Shown: one piece after another, positions 53,397 through 64,000 of the stretch | Position numbering within the stretch: position 1 is the stretch's first letter | Layout of the letters: every line of letters begins with the position of its first letter | From: Lama glama | Taxonomy: Eukaryota | DNA: 64,000 nt | Reading direction: 5' to 3' | Assembly: GCA_028534125.1 (NCBI GenBank) | Contig: CM052816.1 | Span: 82,214,001-82,278,000 of the forward strand | Position numbers and translations under genes: made by a program | Notes under the pieces: model-generated | Databases searched by the model: none | The model's input: only the letters and a program-made list of their open reading frames with translations | Told to the model about the DNA's origin: nothing

Positions 53397-55999
53397 GCAA
53401 TAAAATAAAAAATAAACAAGTGGGACTACATCAAACCAAAAAGTTTCTGCCTAGCAAGAGAAACCATCAATAAAGTGAAAAGACAACCTGCAAAATGGGA
53501 AAAATATTTGCAAGCAATATATGCGATAAGGGTTTAATATCCAAAATATAAAAACAACTCACCTAACTCAAAGCAAAAAGCAAATAAATAACTCAGTTAA
53601 AAAATGGGCAAAGTACCTGAACAGACATTTCTCCAAAGATATGCAAAAGGACAATAGATACATGAAAAGATACTTAACATCACTAGTCATTAGAGAAATG
53701 CAAATAAAACCACAGTGAGATATCACCTCACTCCTGTTAGAATGACCATCGTCAAAAAGACAAGTGCTGAGAGCAGCCAAGATGGCAGAGTAAAAAGACC
53801 CTGAGCTCACCTCCTCTCACGAGCATGCCAAAATCATATCTATCTGTAGAACAACCTCAGTGAGAAATACTGGAACCTACCAGAAAAGATCTTCTACAGC
53901 TAAAGGCATGAAGAAGGAAACACAATGACACTGGTAGGAGGGGTGGACTGGTGATACAATTAAATCCCATACCTTCTGGGTGGGAGACCCACAAACTGGA
54001 GAATAATTATATTATGGAAGTTCTCTCACTGGATCAAGGGTTCTGAGCTTCACATTATACTACAAAACTACAGTGCTCAAAGCAGTATGGTACTGGCACC
54101 AAAACAGACACATAGATCAACGGAACAGGATAGAAAGGCAGAAATAAACCCATTCACTTATGATCAACTCGTCTATGACAAAGGAGGCAAGAATATATAA
54201 TGGAGAAAAGACAGTCCCTTCAATAAGTGGTGCTGGGAAAATTGGACAGCTACCAGCAAAGACTGAAATTAGAATCAGGATTCTCTAACACCATATACAA
54301 AAATAGACTCAAATGGTTTAAGGACCTAAATGTAAGACTGGATACTGTAAAACTCCTAGAGGAAAGCATAGGCAGGACACTCTATGACATAAATCACAGC
54401 AGTATTTTTTTGGTTTTTGAAATAAAAACAAAATAAATAATGGGACCTAATTAAACTTAAAAGCTTTTGAATAGCATTGCATCAAAAAATAAAATAAAAT
54501 AAAATACTTCAGAATAAATCTAACCAAAAAGGTGAGAAACTTACATGCTGTGAACTATAAAACATTGATAAAGGAAATTAAAGAAAATGTAAAGAAATGG
54601 GAAGATATCTAATAAATGGAAACAACTCAAATGCTCATCAAATAAAATGTAGTTTATCCATACAAAGGAAATTCCACTATAAAAAAGTATGAATCAAAAG
54701 TACTGATTCATGCTACAATATGGATGAATCTTGAAAACATTATGCTATGTGAAAGAAGCCAGTCACAAAGGAACATATATAGTATAATTCCATTTATATG
54801 AAATGTTCAGAATAGGCAAATCTCTATAGATAACAAGCAATTAGTGGTTGCCTAGAGCTGGGACAGGGAAGGTTGGGATTATTGGTGGGGCGGAGTAAAT
54901 GGCACAGGATTTCTTTCTGGAGTGTTAAAAATGTTCTAAAGTCAGTTGTGGTGATGGTTGCATAATTCTGTGACTGTTCTAAAAAACATTTAATTGTGTG
55001 CTTTAAATGGATGAATTCCGTGGTATATGAATTATATCTCAATAAAGGCATTGCAAATAAAAAAAGAAGCAGCAGCAGCAAAAAAAAAAAAAAAAAAAGA
55101 AAAAAGACAAGAGCTAACAAATGCTGATGCGGATGTGGAGAAAAGGGAATCCTTGTGCACCATTGGTGGGGATGTAAGTTGGTACAGCCGTTATGGAAAA
55201 CAGTAAGAAGTTTCCTCAAAAAATTAAAAACAGAAATACCACATGATCTGGCAATTCCACTTATGGGAATATATCCAAAGGAAAGGAACACACTAAATTC
55301 AAAAGATATCTGTCCTCCTGTGTTCATTGCAGCATTATTTACAATGGCCAAGATACGGAAACATGTGTCCATCAATGGATGCCTGGGTAAAGAAGTTGTG
55401 GTACACATTTACAGTGGAATATTATTTAGCCATAAAAGATTGAAATCTTGCCATTTACAACAACTGGATAGACCTGAAGGGCATTATGCTAAGTGAAATA
55501 AGTCAGACAGAAAAAGACAAATACTGTGTGATTTCACTTATGTGTGGAATCTAAAAAAAAAAAAAAAGAAAAAAGAAAACAACCCCCAAATCCAAACTCA
55601 TAGAAAAAGATTGTTAACTTGTGGTTACCAGAGGCAGGGAGGAGGGATTCAAGGAAAGTGGTCAAAAGTCACAAACTTCTAGTTATAAAATAAATAAGCC
55701 CTGGGTTTGCAGTGTACAACATGATGATTATACCTAATACAATTATGGCTGGTACCATATATAGGAAAGCTATTAAGAGAGTAAGTCCTGAGAGTTTTCA
55801 TCACAAGGAGATTTTTTTTCCTTTTTTCTTTTTTAAATTTCTTTTCTTTTTATTGTATCTATATGAGAAGATGAATTTTAGTTGAAACTATTGTGGTAAT
55901 AATTATTTCACTATATATATATAAATCAAACCATCATGCTGTACACCTTAAACTTATATAGTGACATATGTCAATTATTTCTCAATCAAGCTGGAGAAA
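53397..55999 (+). mobile_element. 5'-truncated host LINE-1 (pieces 53397-53768 and 55101-55999)
   Basis: ORF2 3' region is contiguous across the insert; peptide 55155..55496 ([28 protein letters not shown]); 3'UTR to CTCAATCAAGCTGGA; possible TSD TTTTGTTTTA at 53387-53396 and 56000-56009. Confidence 0.9.
53769..55100 (+). mobile_element. Chimeric L1-derived insertion (5'UTR + two ORF2 pieces + L1MB-type 3'UTR + polyA) with 15-bp TSD
   Basis: Starts with CAAGATGGCAG (YY1-type L1 5' end) and ends in an A-tail; flanks AAAAAGACAAGTGCT (53754-53768) and AAAAAGACAAGAGCT (55101-55115). Confidence 0.8.
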
Positions 56000-56954
56000 T
56001 TTTGTTTTATGTTATTTGTCATTTTATCTTTTTTTTTCCTTTTTGGATAATTATGAGTCTTTAAGAATACTACTGATTTTAGAATAGACTTCCAGTTGTT
56101 ACAATTGCTCTGTGGTTTGTTCAATGATCTTGTATTCTTGTTTTCTGTGAGTTTTAAGGAAGACTGTGGGGAAATGGAAGCTGGCTTCCACTACTGCTAC
56201 CAGAGCTTAGAAGAGTGGGTTGTGGGTTCACTTACAATTAGGCACAGAGAATGTCTCCTTTTTTCCCAAGGCCGTTTCACCTGCATGGCCTGTGGTGGGG
56301 CCAGGAGCCAAAACACAAGGGAAGCAAAAATCTTCTGTTACAAATTAATAAGAAGAGAAAACAGGAGAAAAATTTCCTTAAACCTTTCTTTTTACTCAAG
56401 TGGCTTGTGAACTCTAGTTGTTAAAGGGAGAATTAAACTCCATTTTATAACCAAACGTTTTTTTAGACTTGGCCAGGGCCAAGCTGCAAATGGTTTTTTA
56501 AGTCCTAGAATTTTCTAGGACTTTAAATAATAAACCTGCAAAAATGCTCAGTCATTTGCTGGTGGCACCCACAGACTCCACACCCTGTCGCTATGCATAG
56601 TCAGGGCTCTTTGAAGAATCAGCTTGCAATTCCTGTAGTTTTATTGTACCTGTTAGTTGTAGCTGGTTTCAGTTTTTATTAAGCCCAGAAGGAATACCTT
56701 TCCTAAAATATTGAAGGTTGCATACTTTAAAATGTAGATTGCAATAAATGCTTTGTTTTTGTATGTGGTCCCTCTCCTGGGGGGTTGATTTGTTCTCCCT
56801 TTCTACCTGATTTTAGAAAACATTCATTTTGGAAAGTGGTTATATGATTTACTGCCCAAGGGGAAAATAAGTTATCTTTACGTTGCTGCTGATTTAAAAA
56901 CTTTACAGATGATTTTTCATAAATTGATGTATTCTCAGGAAAGAGATTAAGAAG

Positions 56955-57290
56955 TTGGGCACTTAGTACTCACTGAGCTGTTGGTATTTTACACAATAAA
57001 ATAAGATGTTATTATTTCACTCAAGCAATTTCAAACCTTACTGGGGAGGCAAAATGTAAATGCCTTGGGAAAGTTAGTTCATAAAGAGCAAATACATGTG
57101 GTCTCACATCCGGTGAATAATGAAGAGTTAAGGCAGCAAGAGAAGATAGACGGAGAGGTTGAAACAGGTCATTCCAGATAAGGTGAGGTTGAGTTAGATT
57201 CTAAAGTATGAGGAGGATTTAAGAATGTGAAGAGAAGGGAGAGAGTCCAGTAACCCAGGAGATGTCAACAGCAATCATAAGCCCTTCATG
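56955..57290 (-). mobile_element. LINE-2 fragment, degraded
   Basis: CACTCAAGCAATTTCAAAC...GGGGAGGCAA...GGTGAGGTTGAGTTAGATTCTAAAG resembles antisense L2. Confidence 0.55.
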
Positions 57291-58419
57291 CCCCAAAGAC
57301 TGAGAGGAGTCCTGATTTTTGCTGCTGAAAAATGTACATTTATAATCTAGTTGGAGGGCAGGTCACCACACCATTTTTCTTTTCTCTGAGATTCTAAAGA
57401 GTAGCACACTCTCCATTTCCAGGTGGGGCCCAGCTTTTCCTCCTTCGTGCCAGCCTCAGCTGGCGAAGTGCTGTTGTAGCCGCAGTAGCAGTCTCTTCTC
57501 CAACAGGCACAGACTTCTCTTAGGAGGCGTAGCATCCTGTCACTTTTCACTTAGAATTTGCCTCAAATAGATGGGAAAAAAATATGTTCTAGCAATTGGA
57601 CGTTTTGCAGTATCAACAAAACCTGTGTTAGAGCTGGTCCTTCCTTAACTGTCTGCTTCCCCAGCGTCTCAGACTCCCCATCCCTCGTCATATAACCAAC
57701 AATAAGGCACAATTTGGACATGTTCACAACTTTGTCTTGTCTTTATTTAATTTTTTCGTAAATAGTTTTGAGCTGGGTGCCATGAGAAATAAAATGTCCT
57801 ACCATTCATGGTCCCTACCCTGAAATTTGAAAATTACTTATTGCCCTCACAGTTTGAAAATATGACAAACTCTGAAAAAGCGCCCTTTGAAAGGGAAAAC
57901 AAAGTGCGTTACATCAGATTCTGTTTTGAGGCACGGCTTCCTAATTATCTTCAGGGCTCAAAAACCTTTCAGATGAAGAGCCTAATTTTGGAAATAAACT
58001 TCTTTCCAAGAGTGGAAACGTGCCACGCGGCAGAGTGCTGTTATTGTCACTGAGAAGGAGAGCCCGCAGGCTGTGCGCGAGGCCAGCAGCCGTGGCGGCT
58101 TCAGCACTGGTTTTAATCGGCATCCTCACAGAATGCTCCCAAGCCCGCTTTCTTCCAGCTGTCAGTGTTGGCGTGGCCTCCAGCCGTCATGACCGAATAC
58201 TGTTTTCAGTGGCTCCCTATAATGAAAAATACGAGCTCTTTAAGACAAAAGAGCCCTTCACATTGAAAGTGTTCAACAAGCTCCCCCTCTATGTACCATT
58301 TTTAGAGCCAAGAACATCACTTGTTGTTGCCTGTGCGTCACACCTCTAAGTGATGGCTCCAGAATGTCTCTGTTCTCATTTGATCCAGATGGTCCCAATA
58401 ACTAGTTGAGATTAATCAG

Positions 58420-59085
58420 TAAGTCCAAAGTCAAATCGATTACTTTTCTCCCCCAGTTGCTTAATTCTCCTCCTTCAGCTAATTACATTGTCACTGATTC
58501 TGATGCTCAAACTAAGAACCTTAAACTCATTCATGACGCTCTTTTCTTCACTACCCTTCATCATTCCTGGTATCTCCCCCAGGGACCCTGGTTCATTGTA
58601 GAGTCTCTAATTTCTTACCCAATCAACACCACGGGCACCCCATTCTTTCTGCTATCTCCAACATAGTCTTTGCACTGCCTGAAATGAAACATCTTTCCAA
58701 AACATAGATCTGTTCATTATACTGTCCTTTCAGAATCCTTTCTCCAAAGAAAAAATATTTGAATTTCTTGCTATAGATTATGTGCTCCTTTATAATCTGG
58801 CCCCAAAGCACTTTATTTCACTAATTTTCACCTAACATTATCATATGCAGTATGCTATAGACACATAGAAATTCCCGGTCCCTTCTGAAATACGTTGTTT
58901 TCTGTTAAGCCTCATTGTTTTTGCTCATTGTTACTTGGTACTCCTTCCACACATGTTAAAGTCTTATCTATCCTTTAAAACAGTTCAAATGTCACCACAG
59001 CAAAAACTTATTTCCAGTCTTGCCCTTTGAACTCTCATTATCCTTTGCCCTTTCTTCTGGCATGTATCAAGTTCTGCCTTACAGC
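58420..59085 (+). mobile_element. LINE-2 fragments
   Basis: GCTCAAACTAAGAACCTT...ATCTTTCCAAAACATAGATCTG...TTCAAATGTCACC. Confidence 0.65.
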
Positions 59086-59109
59086 TTAATTTAATAGAGG
59101 AAGTTTGGA

Positions 59110-59275
59110 AGTGTCATCACAAATTTAGATCCAAGCCTGAGTTTTTCCTTATCTGTGATCTTGGGCAGGATATTTAATTACTTCTTGATCAGAAGTGGAT
59201 ACTATTTCTCACTTTTTAGGGATGAGGTAGGTAGATTTCCTTATTAAGTTATGAAGTGCTACAAATGTGATTGAT
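59110..59275 (+). mobile_element. MIR-family SINE fragment
   Basis: ATCTGTGATCTTGGGCAGGATATTTAA resembles the MIR core. Confidence 0.5.
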
Positions 59276-60354
59276 CAGTATTTAAGGAACCAGAAAATGG
59301 TTATGATACTAAATCTGTGCCTGAAGTTTCAACAGGGCAGGAACATTGAAATCACAACTTTTGGTTGAACTAGTCAGGAGTAGATTTAAGCACAGTTGGC
59401 AGAGAGAAGTCCAAGGAATCTTTGAATTGACAAAGTCCACTCTAAGTTCATTCTGTAAGTAAAAGCAGGTGGTTTTTGGAGATGGGAAAATCTGAGTTTA
59501 AGTGCCAAGCCAACATTTAAGCTGTCTTACCTCCTTAAGATTCCATTCCTTACTTATAAAAATGATTCACTGATAAAGATATGCACGGATTTGTTATGAA
59601 AGGCACCAACACTGTGAAACATCACTCCTTTTAGGTGGCACAATTGTAGGAAATTTAACAGAAAAGGATGTTGATTCCTGTAAGACATGAAGGCACAACT
59701 CAGTTTCCTTGTTTTCATGAAGAAGTGTTTTCAACTGTTAGTCCAGTTCTGCAGCTGGTTTCCCATTTTGGAGCAATTTTAAGCAGCAGCGTATTCATAA
59801 TTAAAGCAGGGCTCAGGGATGGTGTAGTGCTGATAGATTGGTGCTTCGGATAAAAAAAAAAAACAACTGGGGTCCATGAGTGATAGTTTTTAGGAAGAAT
59901 TGGAAGACTCATGAGGCAGACACATTGGCCAGGCATTTTCTTCCTCTCACATCATCTTTAATTCTGTACTCGGCACATGAACTGAGGACCGCCGTATCCT
60001 CATGGGCACTGGGCAAATGGTGCTGTGTGTCCCATCTTTGTTGAATAAGTGCTGTGTACTTCTTTAAAGCCTTCCCTTATCTTGCCAGCTTTTTGCTATC
60101 TGAGATAACTGCTAAAGGACATTGTATTTGCTTTTTAAAATTATATTTTAAAGCATTTTTCTACTCTCTATATAATAATGAAGCTGATTTATATTGTAAT
60201 CCCATGACTCTGTGGTGGAGGGGGGCTTAGCTGTGTGCATATAAAGGAAAGGAGGATGGGGGCACAGGACTTTGACTCACTGTTGGTTCTTGGCCTTGGA
60301 TCTGTTGGTAAATTGAGAATGAAAAGGTTGTTGTGATAGTTAAATAAGATAACA

Positions 60355-60605
60355 TTGTTAAGGAAAACATTATTTGATGTTGCTTGTTAAAGCACTGTAA
60401 GTAAGACTTGATTCAAGTTGTAGGGGGACTACTTCATAAGTATAGGGGCCACTATGATAGAATTTTGCACTGGGGGAGGAAGAAAAGGAGGGCTCAATTC
60501 TGAACAGAGTGGCATGTGGGAATTTATAACCATGAATCAGGGAATCAGTGAATGGAAAATTAAGAAAAGGAAACATTAGAGAGGGGGGGAAATACTTAGG
60601 ATATA
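60355..60605 (-). mobile_element. ERV1-class LTR fragment (MER31/MER67-like), cut by the gap
   Basis: TGTTAAGGAAAACATTATT...CTTGTTAAA...GGAATTTATAACCA...CAGTGAATGGAAAATTA. Confidence 0.65.
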
Positions 60606-61105
60606 NNNNNNNNNNNNNNNNNNNNNNNNNNNNNNNNNNNNNNNNNNNNNNNNNNNNNNNNNNNNNNNNNNNNNNNNNNNNNNNNNNNNNNNNNNNNNNN
60701 NNNNNNNNNNNNNNNNNNNNNNNNNNNNNNNNNNNNNNNNNNNNNNNNNNNNNNNNNNNNNNNNNNNNNNNNNNNNNNNNNNNNNNNNNNNNNNNNNNNN
60801 NNNNNNNNNNNNNNNNNNNNNNNNNNNNNNNNNNNNNNNNNNNNNNNNNNNNNNNNNNNNNNNNNNNNNNNNNNNNNNNNNNNNNNNNNNNNNNNNNNNN
60901 NNNNNNNNNNNNNNNNNNNNNNNNNNNNNNNNNNNNNNNNNNNNNNNNNNNNNNNNNNNNNNNNNNNNNNNNNNNNNNNNNNNNNNNNNNNNNNNNNNNN
61001 NNNNNNNNNNNNNNNNNNNNNNNNNNNNNNNNNNNNNNNNNNNNNNNNNNNNNNNNNNNNNNNNNNNNNNNNNNNNNNNNNNNNNNNNNNNNNNNNNNNN
61101 NNNNN
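60606..61105. other. Assembly gap (500 N)
   Basis: Run of N. Confidence 1.
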
Positions 61106-63257
61106 GTGTGTGGCTATTTTAGTTACTGCCGGGCGAAACTCAATCTCATCTCATTCTTTCAGGACCTCGGGGGATCTTTTGCTACATTGCTCAAATCCCC
61201 TCTCAGTTCCCCTACATTTGTTAAACTGAGGTCCAGAGATTATAGTTAAGCCTAGCAGTGCATGCTGCTCTAATGCTGATCATTAACTGCCTGTCCAGAT
61301 GGTCCCCGCTCTCACTGACAGATAGTAAGTCTAAATTGTTCATCTCCAGTGTTTCTTGTAGACTGCCCAATATGTTTACTGTGGTCCATTTACAGGAGGG
61401 TGACATTAAGCAGATCTGATGCTTACATTCTGGCACTAGTCCTGATGAGCCAAGTGACAGATCTGGGGAGAAATGTGGAGGACACAGTAAATGAGTAAGT
61501 TACACCCGAAAGCACCAGCGTTCTGGGGGCAGCCGGCTATTTTACTCATCTGTCAAGGACAGGTAGGAATTCAGGTTTAGTGCTCTGTTCATGCTGGCCC
61601 GGAGAAGATGAGCAGTGCAGCAACTGACATCTCCTACTACTTTCCTTTAAGTCGCGGAAACAGCAAGCAAGCAACAACAACCAAAAAAATCAGACTCACA
61701 CCTACCTTAAGGTCATTCTCATAAACGCCAATCATGCATTTATCAGTGGGGTTTCTGGAAACGCATATCACAAGACGCTTAGAACTTACATGCTGCTTAA
61801 AAATTGCATTCTCCTTTTAAAGTTTTATGCTGATGTCCACTCATAATTCTTTTAGTTTCACCTTTCTCCTAGCTCAGCTATCAACCCAGTAATGGTCTTT
61901 ATTTTCTGGTCCTGGGAGCCATAAATGCGAATGCCCAAAGTAACTTTCCTCATTTTTCTTCTCTTTTCCCTTTGAAATAATAAGCAGGGAGCACTTGAAG
62001 GTGCAGAATAACTAATTATTAAGAGTGTATACTCCTGTTTTGAGTGACGATATCGTCTCTTTTAAAAGACAGACTGTCAATTATGTGCAAGACACAGCTT
62101 CACGATATTACAGATCCAAGAAACTGCAAACTCCTGCTATCAGACAAGTTTACATAAAACACAGTAGTTCTGTTAATCAAATACATTGCAGGTTATTCTT
62201 CTGAAACCCCACCATGATCACTCAGTTTATAGAAAGCCATTAATTACTTGGTAGTCAATTTATAACCACTAATTATAAAGATGTGCAATTTAAATAATTC
62301 CGGCAGTACAAGAGGAGAAACAGGAAGACCTTAATAACCTTGTGCACTGTGGTGGGTGAGAAGCACACAATTCAATTCATTGTCTGCAGGGTGGGGCGGG
62401 AAGGATAACTGCAGGCTGATGTCATCATTGTGGTCTTTTGTGACATTACCTGTGACTTGTAACTTTGTAGATCTCTTGGGCTTAAAATACACATATTTAT
62501 TTTTCCTTTGGAAACAACACGAAATGTTTCAGCTTCTCCAGATATATGGAATAACAATGTTTTGTAACTTACCCATTTTTATGGCATAAATATATTTTAG
62601 GGCAGTGAAAATGGGCCTTGCATATTGGGAAAGAATTTATAATTTGAGAGGAAATCTAGATATGAAAGCAGCAAGATAATTTTCCTCTAAGGTTTTCAAA
62701 GCTCCATCCAGCCTTACTCTTTGATAGCAGAGGTGACGGAAAGAGTGTTTGGTGTGTGTGCTTCAAGCCCCCGAAACGATCCTCCTTTCTCTGGACTTCA
62801 AAGTTACAGAAATTGTTCCATCCTACTTTTCTACTTCAAACCACACTGTCTGGTGGTCAGACTTTGAACTCTGGGTGAGAATAGAATTAGCCTTCAGGAA
62901 CTTTGGGGGAGATTTATAAAATAAGCAATGAACATTTCTCTGCTTTCTAAAGACTTTTTGCTACCATTCCAATAACATCCCTGGTGGGCTATAATAAGCA
63001 TAGTTGAAAAAAAAATCTCTCTTGGATCTCTACTGCCCCACTTTCTGGTTTTGAACAGCTACCCAGGAAACTATTATCTCTAAAACTGTTTCTATTCTTA
63101 CGTGAAGAAGGCAAATATGGGAAGGCTTCCTCAGTCTCCTGTAAAGGTAGGATTAGAATTGAAGAGTACAAGAATGAAGAGACATTTTAGGACTTTTCTG
63201 CCCACTTCATCTTTGCAACTTGACTCTGAGTATTTAGAAAATTTATTTTCTTTATCG

Positions 63258-63699
63258 TGTTGATGAAAAATTAATCAGTCAACCTAAGAAAGAAATGGAA
63301 AATTTTATTCGGGCCAAATTTGAGGATTGTGACCTAGGAAGAGCGTCTCAGAAAGCTCTGCGAACTGTTAGAAGTCAAGGTGCAGTAATATAATTTTTTG
63401 AAACAGAGGGCTGTACCTTAAATGACATATTATTGACAGTTTACGCAATCCAGATGTAAATATCACCATGGCCTCCTACAAGATCAGGAAGGAATGTTAT
63501 CTTTTAAGGAGTTGTTTTGTTGATGCTAAGAGAAAGTTGCTCTTTATTTGAGCAGGTGTTTCTGCCAGTGGGGGGGATTTGGTCGATGCATAATGCAGAT
63601 ACACAATATATAATAGCAGGGAAAGGAGGCTAAAGGGCAGAGGAAATTTTGTATGTTTACATTTTTCTTGGCTTGCCATAGAATATGACTTTTATTTCA
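63258..63699 (-). mobile_element. Solo ERV1-class LTR, family unassigned
   Basis: TGTTGA...TTTCA termini; TTTTATTCGGGCCAA (antisense polyA signal), TCTCAGAAAGCTCTG; no clean TSD seen. Confidence 0.65.
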
Positions 63700-64000
63700 C
63701 GAACAGTAGTAAATATATTATTTCTGATTTTTTTTTTCTCTTTTCAGCATCTTGGAATTTTAGGATGACTGAGTTTGCATTTATGTTTTCCAGTACTCCT
63801 TGATAATCAGTTTACAGATTTTTATAGGATGGATGTAAGAAGCTCACCAAAATAGATGTGTTTGAAAGGAAATTCAGCCTTAACCATTCTTGGAATTCTG
63901 GACTTCCTTGAGGTGCCACCTGAGTATCTGAGAATATCAAGTGCAGCAAATTCAAAGATAAACTTCTGGGCAGTCTTATATAATTTCTTTCCTTTTACCA

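Noticed and set aside
1266..63679. The many 60-230 aa ORFs in the ORF track as protein-coding genes
   Set aside because: They are short, show no recognisable domains, and many lie in repeats or span N runs. The only recognisable peptides are disrupted L1 ORF2 remnants.

Overview
Non-coding, AT-rich, CpG-depleted mammalian genomic DNA (large intron or intergenic), almost certainly from a camelid: there is a vic-1-type tRNA-derived SINE at ~50.0 kb and camelid/cetartiodactyl-type L1 3' ends. Three assembly gaps are present (27739-27838, 42806-43305, 60606-61105). I find no supportable protein-coding gene, RNA gene or CRISPR array. The only ORF-track peptides with recognisable homology are broken LINE-1 ORF2 remnants. 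A large share of the window is interspersed repeat (L1, L2, MIR, CR1-like, MaLR/ERVL/ERV1 LTRs, Tigger and hAT MITEs). Family names are from recalled consensus sequences, not a search. The most notable observations: (1) a perfect zero-spacer p53-family response element (26116-26135) inside a motif-dense unique block; (2) a TSD-flanked chimeric L1 insertion that looks spliced and carries an older L1 3' end as a passenger (53769-55100); (3) a ~960-bp ancient element with long imperfect inverted repeats and a weak Mutator-like transposase remnant (48275-49238); (4) a three-layer MER20/ERV-LTR/L1 nest with all three TSDs visible. I do not see evidence for a novel multi-gene system.
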